Shown here one piece after another: positions 36,492 through 47,863 of a stretch of DNA of 64,000 nt. Each line of letters opens with the position of its first letter. The stretch's first letter is position 1. The position numbers and the translations under genes were made by a program. The notes beneath the pieces are model-generated. The model did not search any database and was not told the origin of the DNA. It saw only the letters and a program-made list of their open reading frames with translations. This DNA is from Podarcis muralis (lineage: Eukaryota), in the NCBI RefSeq assembly GCF_964188315.1, contig NC_135656.1, positions 77,252,001 through 77,316,000 on the forward strand, written 5' to 3'.

Positions 36492-37517
36492 AAAAAATGT
36501 TCATGTCATAAGGAGAACTTGATTGTTTTGCTACATGCACAGAACTATAACCTATGGTTTACTTAATAAGCATCTGCACTGCTTTGAATTCTGTATGACT
36601 GAGTCAAGGGCCAGGAGTGACAGAATGAAAAAGCAATTGTTTCTCATTTTGTACCAGAATCTTCTTTTATAGCACTTATCAAATCTATCTTTGGTTTTTT
36701 GTTTAAGTGCTTCATCTCATATGCTTCAACTGTCCTGTTTATCAGTGACAGACACTATTTTATGATCCCTAGTAAACCACAGCTCCTATTGCCTCCCACT
36801 TTCCCCCCACATTTTGGAAATACCTTGTTATATAGCTGGTCCTAGGTGGCTCACAAAGCAAAAAAGCACATCAAAACCATACCAAACCACACCTAGATCA
36901 TCCCATGTTCTGCTATGCTAATGAAGTTAATAAAGAGGGACCAGACCAATTCAAAAGGATCTTTCTTTTTCTACCCATGGGCAACTCTTAACAATTGCAA
37001 AGTCATCTGCCATTCCCTTTGGTACCAGTAATCGAAATTCACTTTCTGAAAGTTTTTCAAGTTACATGCTATCACTGACTTTGCTGCTGCAGTTAGATGT
37101 CTTAATGGCTCACTATGCTTCAAATCTAAATAAAGGCCTATATATCAATTTAAAAGTGCCAGCTGTGGAGAGGGGTGGTCCTAGGACCCATGATGGAGGT
37201 GACTTTCGGAAACACCTGCATTCAACATGCCCATACTTGGGGGCATGCCCCCAATATCACTACATATGTCCAAATTGCTTGGCATCCCTGCCAACCTGAA
37301 GTAGACTAGCACACATTAGGGACATTTCCCTCAGTGTAAGATACATCATTTATGTATCAGTATTAGGAATTGCTCTTTCAATTTAGTAGATACAGCAAGC
37401 CCACAACTTGCACTCACTTTGCTTATGCAATCGTGATTGCAACCTTACACAGGTGGCGGGAGGGGAAATAAATAAAACTAATGCCAGGCCAATGAAACCC
37501 ACTGCTCTCTGTTCTCC

Positions 37518-37545
37518 ATTTATTTATTTATTTATTTATTTATTT
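37518..37545. repeat. (TTTA)n microsatellite
   Basis: Direct reading. Confidence 0.9.
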
Positions 37546-37723
37546 CTCACTTACTTGGCTTTGGGAAGACAGCATGAGAGCTCTGGGCTGCTTCCGGAGC
37601 CCTTGCGCCTCCTTCTGAAAGCCTGGTACCTTGGATACCCAGTAAGCATGGCGACGCCCTCCTTACAGCCTCTGGGAAGGAGGTATGAGGGCTCTTTATG
37701 TCACCTTGTGAAAGAGAGACAGT

Positions 37724-37800
37724 ATCATAGAATTATAGAGTTTGAAGGGACCCTGAGAGTCATCTAGTCCAACCCCCTGCAATGAAGCAATCTCAACATG
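37724..37800 (-). mobile_element. CR1 LINE 3' end
   Basis: atcatagaattatagagtttgaagggaccctgagagtcatctagtccaacccc is the reverse complement of the CR1 terminal motif. A similar + strand fragment lies at 40411-40490. Confidence 0.8.
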
Positions 37801-38280
37801 TGGTCCCCCACCCAATTTGCAATCATAGAGGTTTGTGCTAGCAGTTTTATTGCTGCACCATCTTTTCTTTTCCCCCTTTTCCTGCAGTGATGAAAGAGCA
37901 AACAAGGTTCTTTGCATCTCCACTGTGTTAGCTAGAACTAGGATTTTTTCCTCTCTCATGGGTATGTCCTATAATAAAGTTAGTTTTTTTATTTTCTGTA
38001 CTCAAAGTCTTGGTGTGATTGTATTAAGGGTAAAGTGAGCTCCTCCTAGCAGGGATTTCAGTGCACAGTTCCAGCTTCTGCTGAAGCATATAAACTTCAA
38101 ATGCTATCAACAGGCTCCACAGCAAGTTCCAGCCCTGTATATCAACTGTTAGATCCAATTCCCTTCCCCATTACTCTCTTAAGAATTCTTTAGAGCCTAT
38201 TACTGATTTTAAGACCTGCCTATAAAAGCTAGAGACCATAAACTCAGCTACCCCAGAGTAGCCCAAGGTGTCACTTTCAA

Positions 38281-38640
38281 ACTGTGTTGTTCGATAAAAA
38301 ATTGAGCCCCGGACAACCCAAGTCGGAGAAGCTGGCTCCAATTGTATGCATGCTAAGCGCACGCTCTGCCCCAAATTTAAGCCCCTGGGGCGGACCGGAG
38401 TGAAGCCTGCTCACCTGCGGCCCGCCCTCTTGGTGCTGTCCTGCCCCCAACGGCGCCACAGATAGGTGAGTTTTGAACAGGTGGTTTGGCGGGAACCCCC
38501 AACGCTCCACAGTGCCAGGAAGGCAAGCCACACCCGAGAAGTCTCAAAGAGGATTGGAGGTGCTGATGCCGGGGCCATAAATGGCGCCCACCTTTGCAAA
38601 ATGGTAGCTGAGCGCTTATTTCAATACCTCGACAGTGGGC
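38281..38640. promoter_or_regulatory. Small CpG-island-like promoter candidate
   Basis: 18 CpG in 360 bp by my count, in non-repeat sequence. GC boxes GGGGCGGA (~38387) and CCCGCCC (~38421), CCAAT/ATTGG (38338, 38553), YY1-like AAATGGCG (~38579), splice donors on both strands. Confidence 0.5.
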
Positions 38641-41084
38641 AATCTATCATGCTTGCAAAAATCCCAGTGTGTAAAAAAAAAAGGGAATTTGTAATACCAA
38701 AAACAAGATCTCATCCGTGCTGTCTTCAGTACTGTAGGATAATCTGACCTGGTTATTCTGGATTCATATCTCAACCAGATGCCCAGCCTGGGAGTGATGA
38801 TGAGCTGTGTGTACAACCTCCACAGAGCTTGCTAGTGTTTAATTGGGCAGTATTGTTGAAGCTACATATGCAGAGCTACCATGTAACATTCTAGCAAAGT
38901 GTCAGTCAAAATGTCTGATCTATGGTGCATATCTCCATCATTTGCTCTTTATAATTAGGCAAAACCAAAGCAGATAATTAGATGAGTCTTTCTCTTTTTG
39001 TGCTATAAATAGCATTATGCTTACTATCTTTCAATGCCAAAAGCCATGTTTCACTGACATGCATGCTCCAGCGCTCTCCCTGATCAATAACTAGACCAGG
39101 AGCATTAGGTCAGTTCACATGTCATCTGACTGAGATGTCTCTCTGCATGGTACAGATGCAAGCTGGTAGGCAGGTACAACTAGAGTAAATGGTTTCCCAG
39201 GCATCCTCCTCTATAGTGTTTTCAGTACCACATTTTTAAAGCATTTGTAGTACATTTCACAACTTTGATGTATGGTTTGGGTGCATGGTTTATCCCAGTC
39301 ATATAATAAATTTGCATGCATGGATCTGGACCACAATCACTCATGTGCACATCATTTGCTGAATCTACATTTTCCTGTAAGTAAATTCAAAACAACAAAT
39401 ATTTGCATCGTAGTAGCTATATAAGGTCAGTATTAATAGTTTTACAAATGAAGCTGAATTATTTGCTGCAGCAGTTATGTGGATAATTGTGTAGAGACCA
39501 AGGGTAGAGACCGCTGTGCTTGCATAAGACTCTGAGGTTTCCATGAATGGAATGGGGAGGGAGGCAATCCTCACTCATTCCTGTGATCAGCCATTACAAG
39601 TTACAAACAAAGGTAAGCAAGGAAAGAGAAAACTGAAACTAAACTCTAGAAAGCCCCTGCCCTGCTCCCACATACATTTGTTAATCCCTAGTGGTTTGTG
39701 CTTCTCAGTACAGTGGGTGTTAACTGAATACTGTTATTTATTCCAACAATTCCCCCAACAAGGGAGTTGTAGAAAAAAAGGAAAAATCTGTTCTCGAACC
39801 CTCTTCTGTTCATGGAAGCCCCTGCTGGTTCAAGAAAACTTTTGTGAATAGGACACCATCACACACAAAGGTGAAGAATCCTTATACACTGCATCACTAA
39901 CTGGAACAAATCTTACAAGATGCCCTAAAGAAGAATGCCCTAAAGAGCATTGATTAAGAATTTACAGCAAGAAAAGTCAGTTCACTAGGGAGAAAAAACC
40001 ATTAGCAGAAAATTGGGCTGTTATGGAAATTTATCTTGTGGTGATCCAGAATATTAAGGACATTTATTTCATGGTGGCTTAAGAGTATGGCTTGCTCTAG
40101 GGATAGGTTATACCTGTGTTTAAAAGGCCCCAAATGGCATAACTGATTTTGAATCACAACCTTCAATAATAGTCCCTGAAATATATCTCACAGCAGAAAT
40201 GCATCCCAGGAGAGAAATGCAACCAGAATATATTGTATTACAGTATGAAGTTAGATCTCCTTTCTGTCACCAAGTTCTGCTTTCTGTGGCTGCTGACTCA
40301 TAAAAAAAAAACCACAGATATGCTTACTTTGAAATCCAACTGGATTCAATTTAATTTTCACTTAAACAAGCAAACTTAGGTTGCACAAGTAATTGTTTCC
40401 ACCAATCTTCAGTTGTGATTCCTGCACTTCAGGGGGTTGGAGGACATGATGACCCTTGGGGTCCTTTCCAACTCAACCGTTCCGTGATTTTATACTCATG
40501 TGAAAGAAGATGGCCACATTCTTTTCTTTTCTTTTTTAGCAAAGCCATCACAGCATATTTATATAAACATATCTGCCCTAAAGACAAGAAAGAGCCCCGC
40601 TGGATGGGGCCAAAGATCCATCTAGTTCAGCATTCCATTCCCACAGCAACTGGTATTCAGAGGCATACTGTCTCCAACACTGGATGCAGACCAGAGCCAT
40701 CATGGCTGGTCGTCACTGATAGCTTTATCTTCCATGATTCTATCTGATCCTCTTTTGAAGCCATCCCAGTTTATAGCTACAGTATCACTACGTTTAGTGG
40801 GGGTGAATTTCCTAGTTTAACTGTGTGCTGTATGAAGAAATATTTTCTTTTGTCTATGTTGAACTTTCACTGGATGGCTTCAGGCTCTAAGGCACACTCT
40901 GCCATTTCAAGTACCTTGCCTTGACCCAGGAACTAGCTCTATGCACATACAGTACAACAATTAAAAGCTCAGTAACACCATAAAACCACAATCTGTAGCA
41001 ACATGGAAATACCCCTGAGCAAGTGGGGCTGTATCAGGAAGTTGTAATAATCTTCTTATTTATAAATGGGTAGGTTGAGCAGTA

Positions 41085-41447
41085 GGGACGCGGGTGGCGC
41101 TGTGGGTAAAAGCCTCAGCGCCTAGGGCTTGCCGATCGAAAGGTCGGCGGTTCGAATCCCCGCGGCGGGGTGCGCTCCCGTTGCTCGGTCCCAGCGCCTG
41201 CCAACCTAGCAGTTCGAAAGCACTCTTAAGTGCAAGTAGATAAATAGGGACCGCTTACTAGCGGGAAGGTAAACGGCGTTTCCGTGTGCGGCTCTGGCTC
41301 GCCAGATGCAGCTTGTCACGCTGGCCACGTGACCCGGAAGTGTCTCCGGACAGCGCTGGCCCCCGGCCTCTAGAGTGAGATGGGCGCACAACCCTAGAGT
41401 CTGTCAAGACTGGCCCGTACGGGCAGGGGTACCTTTACCTTTACCTT
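41085..41447 (+). mobile_element. Young, intact Sauria SINE
   Basis: Perfect 14-bp TSD TAGGTTGAGCAGTA (41071-41084, 41448-41461), A-box TGGCGCTGTGG (41095), B-box GGTTCGAATCC (41149), CpGs retained, (ACCTTT)3 tail. Confidence 0.96.
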
Positions 41448-42266
41448 TAGGTTGAGCAGTAAGCATGCAGCAGGTCTGTCTCTGCAGCATTACTGTACTC
41501 CTAAACCCAAGCTGAGCATAGCACATTTCATAGTGTTTCCACATTGGACTGAATGGGGCTTGCATAGGATTGTTAGAGAATCATAAAATTAAGAGGAAAC
41601 AGAGGAAACATCACAAAAGCCCTCCTGGATTAGGCCAAAGGCCCATCTCTAGTCCAGTGTCCTGTTCTCACAGTGGCCAGCCAGATTTATTTGGGAAGTC
41701 CAAAATCAGGTCTCAAATTCCAACAGTTGGTATTCACAGGCATACCACCTCCAATGATGGAGGTAGAACATAGCCATTGTAGCTAGTAGCCCCAAGTACC
41801 CCTGGTCTGTCATGAAGCCTGGTACCTAAATCCCCAGAAAGATTCCCAACTAACTCTTTTGGCTTCTAGGCAGCACATTCCATTGCCATATTTTTCTTTT
41901 AACTAAGATTTCCACTCCTAATATTCAAAGCAAATCTGTTCTTCTGCAGTATATCAGCATTTCCTATTTCTCCCGCTCCAAGATCCCGAAGCGCCGGATA
42001 TTGTTTGTTTTGTTAAACGTGCCACTTAATTGCATTTCCTCACAAATCAAACATTGACCGCAGGCAAGGGGCCAACAGCTGAACTGAACCAATTATTTTT
42101 ACATGCAAAAACCTGTCATTATATCATCCCCACCAGGCATGAAGGTTGTTGCTCTCCAATGTATAAGAAAATATTTGGTATTTCAGTACCAAAATATTGA
42201 AGAGGAGCTATGCTGTTTGTGACCAGGAATATCCTCTGTAAGCCTTAACCTCCCATGTACTTCCAT

Positions 42267-42316
42267 ATATCTATATCTACATCTACATCTACATCTACAT
42301 CTACATCTATATCTAT
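42267..42316. repeat. (ATCTAC/ATCTAT)n hexamer microsatellite
   Basis: Direct reading. Confidence 0.9.
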
Positions 42317-43726
42317 GTCACAGATATCCTTCTAGGTGTAAAGGAGATACATGCTCATGAGTTAATGACTTATTTATGCACATCAGCCCTTCAGCTGAAT
42401 AGGACATATGTAGGAAAACAATAGCTAAAAAAAAAGAAAAAAGCTGCAGCTTTAAACTTCCCAACTTGGAGGTCAATTAGATTGAAATCAATGGGACTTC
42501 CTTGTAATAAATTGACTTAGCATATGAAGGAGGTAGATGCTGGGGTAGGAGATGCTTCTATCTGCCAGCAGACTCACAATTTAAAGATATGTGTGCGCAC
42601 ATGAACACACTGTTTGATGTTTCTTGGATTTGCACATTGTGCCTCTCTAATAGAGAACAGTGACACAATTTTCTGTGTTTTTCTGTGACATTGGGCAAGT
42701 TGTTGAACTTCCCAATCTGGCTATTGCTCTAATTGAAAAACAGAGAGATCTGAGTGTCAAAATATATTAACAAAACCAAGAAGTGCTATATATGTGACAG
42801 TTATATTAAAGGTCTCTGAAAGATATCACTGAAGACTCTGAGGATATTTTACACAACTCAGCAACCAAAGATTAGTGCTGCCCTTGCGATCGCAAGAGTG
42901 ATTAGCTGATAGAACACGGTCATGCTTTGGGACTGAAAAAGCAAGTGCTAATTGTGCTACATTATTTCTTATTTTTTATTCACATACATTTACACAACAG
43001 TTAATCTTAATTAATATCTTTAATTAACAAGTTTGCCATTTCATTGTGTTCCATTGTAACTTTCTGATGTGCTACTTAGTGACTGAAGTTAAAATTCCAG
43101 TGTTTGTTTAGGTTTAAATGTGTCTGCATGAGCAGCAATCTACAAAAAGTCTTAACTATGCCACCCGTCTGGTGCCAGCAGCTAGCTGTGCAAGCCAAAC
43201 AGGTCATTGCTCCACCTGGAAAATCTGCAGCTGAGGAAATGTAGAGTTGAATTTTAATGTGTTTGATCAACAGCATTATGTTACTTCAGGAAAACAAAAG
43301 GAACCTAAGAAATTACTATGCGCAGAGGGACAGGGCATAGTTATAGGAGCAGGGATTCTGCATGAGATCAAGCTGTGGGAGGGCCAAAGAGGATGTTCAG
43401 GGGAAAAAGCCATAGCTCAGTGGCAGAGCATATGCTTGGAATACAAAGGGTCTCAACTTCAGCCTGGTATTTCTATACCCTTCAAGTGTCCTGATTTTCC
43501 ATGGATAGTCCTGGAATTACAGAAGCTGTCCCAGTTTCTGATTTGATCCCAGAATGTCCTGGTTTTCCTTTATCCTACATGCAAATAAAATTCTGTGTCA
43601 TAATATTTCTTTTGCTACTAAGTGTGGAAGCTGAAAGATACATCAAGCAGTTATCACATCGCTATTAAGCAATTCAAAAGATAAGAAAGGGCTTGCCAGG
43701 GTAACAGTTCAACTGGCAATAAGTAG

Positions 43727-43938
43727 TCAAAACAAAAAAAATTCCTTCCAGTAGCACCTTAAAGACCAACTAAGTTAGTTCTTGGTATGAGCTTTCGTGT
43801 GCATGCACACTTCTTCAGATACACTGTGCATGCACACGAAAGCTCATACCAAGAACTAACTTAGTTGGTCTTTAAGGTGCTACTGGAAGGAATTTTTTTT
43901 GTTTTGACTATGGCAGACCAACACGGCTACCCATCTGT
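43727..43938. mobile_element. Penelope-like palindromic remnant, second copy
   Basis: 86-bp inverted arms 43724-43809 / 43825-43910. 16-bp direct repeat AACTGGCAATAAGTAG at 43711-43726 and 43939-43954. Shared sequence differs from the 16453 copy at one position that I can see. Confidence 0.85.
43785..43822 (-). ncRNA. Minimal type-I hammerhead ribozyme motif
   Basis: Reverse complement reads GTATCTGAAGAAGTGTGCATGCACACGAAAGCTCATAC, identical to 16549-16586. Confidence 0.75.
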
Positions 43939-46108
43939 AACTGGCAATAAGTAGATTTTTGTAAGGCGCTTACTGTAGAAAGATAGAAGTCATCAGATAG
44001 CTGCAATCATGGTTAAAGTGTGTTGCCATAACCTGCTTTCTTTTTAGAGCACAATAACACTGAGCAAGCTGCTGAATTATAAAATGGAATTATACTTACA
44101 TGTACTGTGAACTTGAAATATTACAATGATGCTTAAATGTATTAACATAAATTTGTAAGTCCATTTGTGGGCATTTATTCCAGCATCTATAATAGCAATG
44201 GAAAAGACAGTCGCCAAGAGAGCATTTTTTTATTCATTGGTTAAGTAAATAAATGGCCATATGCTGTGAATTTGAATAATTGCAATACAGAACAATTCTA
44301 GTCTTGCAATCACACAGATGCCTTGGACTGTTTTTTTTTGTGTGTGTGTGTTTTTTTGTAGGGAGATGCACTCTTGTTAAAAGTGATCTTCCTAGAGCTT
44401 TGTTAGTATACTCAATTCTCCTGCACAGCAAAAAGTTGGTACAAATGAAAATCGAAAGAGAGGCCACATGTACATCATGTATTTAAAAACATTGCTTCCT
44501 GGCCTAAACAATCTTGGAAACTATAGTTTGTTAAGGGTGCTGGGAAATGTAGCTCTATGAGGGGTAAACCAAAGTTCTGAGAACTGTTTTGGGGAGAGTC
44601 ATGTGCTTTAAATGTATGGTACATATGCAGCTGAGACTAATGGTTTATAGGAAAGTTTTTAAAAAGTAAAGATATGAGAGCCAATTGGAAGGAATGACTG
44701 TAAGTCTAGGACTGAATATGGTGTGAGTGAATGAACAGTAGCAACCAGTTTTGCACACATGGCAATAGAGTTAACGACAATTTGAACTCTATTTTGAACT
44801 CACAATTTGATGATGGCATTGCATCTATGTCTGTTGTACAGTGTGATATGAGAAAAGTGAGCTGATAGTAATACCTTAAAAACCAGCTGTAAAAATCAAT
44901 TTCCTGACAGAAATATTTTCAAACTCAGCAGTGGGGAATGAAAAAGCATATTGAAGAGATTATTCAGGAAGATCAAACTGGATATTGATCAGTGAGGGGG
45001 GAAATAGTAACACATTTCAAAAAATTATATGAACTACAATCCAGAATATGTCTTCCATAATAGTAGTGGTGTTGTATATCCATAATAGCTCAGTTTCCAT
45101 CCTTTCCCCAGTTTATACATTCTCTTTTCAGGAGCTAAAACTGTTATGTACTGAAGTTCTCACCCTGGGCCAGCAGGGGGATACTGTAGATAGTTATGCA
45201 AATGAAGGATCGAAAGTGACGTTCAGTGATTGGATAGTTTTAGAAAGTTGTTACAGTAACAAGGTACTGGAGCTCTATATAAGCAGGCTGACTGAGCCCT
45301 TCAGCTCAGTTCAGTTCTGGCCTCAGAATAAAGAAGAGCTGTTTGAAGAATTGCTGTGTCGTCTGATATGTTCGCCCACAACTTAACAAAAACACCCTCA
45401 TCTTCATCTTCTTCTGGCTTCAAAAGACTAGGTTTTAAAACTCAATCAGCCAGGAACAGCAAATATATGCTACCCAAATCTAAGATTCTTCTGCATTTAA
45501 AGTTGATTTAAATATGCTGTGATGTGGCACATAGCCTGACAACAAAGTGAGGAGTAAAGAACAATGACCCGATCCAGAATACACCAAAACAGCATAAGTA
45601 GGGTGTCCTCTTCATGACTGAAACCGAAAATGTACTTTTGGCATTTTTTATTTATTCATGCTTTACATTAAATAGGCTTGAGGTATTTTGGGCAGGTTTT
45701 CCCAAGTCATGCCATTCAATTACATAAACTCAGAAAGACTGAAGGATTGCCAGGTCCTTAGTTCCTTAATAACAGACAAGCAACACTTGTATATTTTCTA
45801 TACCTTTTCAACTGCCCTGATGGAGCACAGAAAGTAATTCTTCTTCTTTTTTCTATAATGGTACATTCTAATGCTCAATATTCTGTTTAGGCCAAGGCCA
45901 CTGAGGAGGCAATTCTGTACTCCTGATATGTTGGCCGTAGGTGTTGCTTTGGGATAGTGTGGAAGCCCTACTGCACCTGTTATCTCTTGAGAGACACTGG
46001 AGTTCACTAATGCTATCATATGTGAGTTATGCAATATTGCAGATGGAAGCTTTGCAATCACTGTGGACTAATAATATATCTCTTGTTTTCACATATAAAT
46101 AATAAAAT

Positions 46109-46142
<34 letters not shown>
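46109..46142. repeat. (TAC)n microsatellite
   Basis: Direct reading. Confidence 0.95.
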
Positions 46143-47603
46143 GAATCACCACAGTTCTAGCTCTGTGTGATACATGTATGATGTTGCCCTTTCATGTAGG
46201 ATCTTTTGGTGAATTTTCATTGCAGTATTCATGTTTTGGTTTCTTCCAAATTAGCTGTTAATTTAGTAAGAGTATAATTCCTCATAGGGCATAGTTGTAT
46301 TGCTGTACTGGCTTTTGTCACTGTACACCTAAGGGAGGCCCAAGGGTGACCTCCTGTGCAAAATGCTATAAAATCAAGGAATTAACTCTTGGAGGATATC
46401 TCCCAACTAAATCTTTCAACATGACAATAACCTTCCCCCCCCCCCCCCTGGTATTCCTATTCTTTGCATAGCAGTACTCCTAAATCTCCTGTATGGCAGT
46501 GCTGTGTTGCACCAAATGCATGGGGTAAGGTGTTATAATACTTTCAGTTTTATAACAGCATTATGCTCTCAGTCTGCCTCTTCAATCCTATCGTGGCCTG
46601 CTGAAAAAGCAATTAATGTGCTTATAGACTGCCACTACATTTTCTTTCTCTTCCTACATATTTTCTGACAAATATTTTAATTCACTGGCATCACATCATG
46701 TACACAATGAGAAGAGGAAGGCAAGTAATAGTTTAGATTTGTTGCTCCAGGCTCTCTGCAAACTCAGCAAAAATGTGTCTATATTCTCCATAGTTTAATT
46801 CTTATGTCCTGTAATGTTTATTTTAAGCACATCCGGAGACTGCTTTTGGGATTTTTCAAAAGTAGAACAGTGAAGAATACTTTGGAAACACTTGTCTTAC
46901 AATGCTATATGCCTGGCAAAATATTTAATTAATGAAGTATATCTTGTCCCAGCAGACAGCTCATTATTCATGCAGATACCTGTCTACTGGATTTGACTTC
47001 TAGGTGCTTCAGCTTTAAATCCTCAACAGCATATCAGGTTTCTTTGCAAGCTGTCATAATCTATTGTACATACACCATGTCAACAAGTTTTAATAAGCAC
47101 TGGGAAGAAGTGCCTTTCCAGTGTGTTTTTTTCCTCAACAAATGAGAAAAGACCTGAAAGACCTGTTGTCTTCCTTGGCAACTGAGGCTTGAGTGAACTT
47201 CTTTGACTGCTTTTCACCTGAGTGCTCAAGATTTGATACATTTTTTAAGAAACTGAAGCTGTCACAAAATCATTGTTGCAATAAAACGAAACAGGCCACA
47301 TTGTATACCAGATGCATCCTAAACTCAATATTTGTAGAACTAGGTGGAGGGGCTTGACTTAGTGCTGAAAACTATAAAGGGATGTTGGCTTAGAAGTCTC
47401 TTTGCTGAAAACACAGCATAGCTGTGATGCTGACACTGGAAACAAATTTCTCTTGAGCTCCAAGAGATTCATGTTCAAAAAGTAAATGCATTTAACCATG
47501 GTTTGATGGATGATACAGACTCATCTAATGGTTCAGCTGAAGCATAGCCTAGTGACTCTAGATTGTATAGGCTTGACCCAGCGAGTTATCTTCAGGTGCA
47601 GAG

Positions 47604-47863
47604 CAGGGCCAGTCCCCCATTAGGTAGAGTGAGGTGACTCACTGCTTTGGGCTGGGCAACTAATTTTGGATGTTGTGAAAGTTGCTTCATTTATTACAGT
47701 TGTTGTTGTTACTTCCAGAGAGGTGAAGAGGTGCTTGTGGGATGTTCTGTCTCACATAGCAAAATACCTAGACTGATATTGAGAACTATATATTTTGATT
47801 AAGGAAGGGTATGCAACATTGGTCACTCTGTCTCATGTGGCAAAATGTTTTGGGCCAGGCCTT
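47604..47863. mobile_element. Non-autonomous hAT element related to 2449-2884, opposite orientation
   Basis: Flanks GTGCAGAG (47596-47603) and GTGCAGAC (47864-47871). The right end reverse-complements to ggcctggcccaaaacattttgccac, resembling gggctgacccaagacattttggcac at 2451. Confidence 0.6.

Noticed and set aside
39003-39012. MEF2 consensus CTATAAATAG with nearby E-boxes
   Set aside because: A few such 10-mers are expected by chance in AT-rich 64 kb. Kept only as part of the enhancer-candidate finding.
45132-45263. 132-nt phase 0-0 candidate exon (ELKLLCTEVLTLGQQGDTVDSYANEGSKVTFSDWIVLESCYSNK)
   Set aside because: Good acceptor but only a moderate donor, unrecognised peptide and no linked exons. 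Such candidates are expected by chance in 64 kb.
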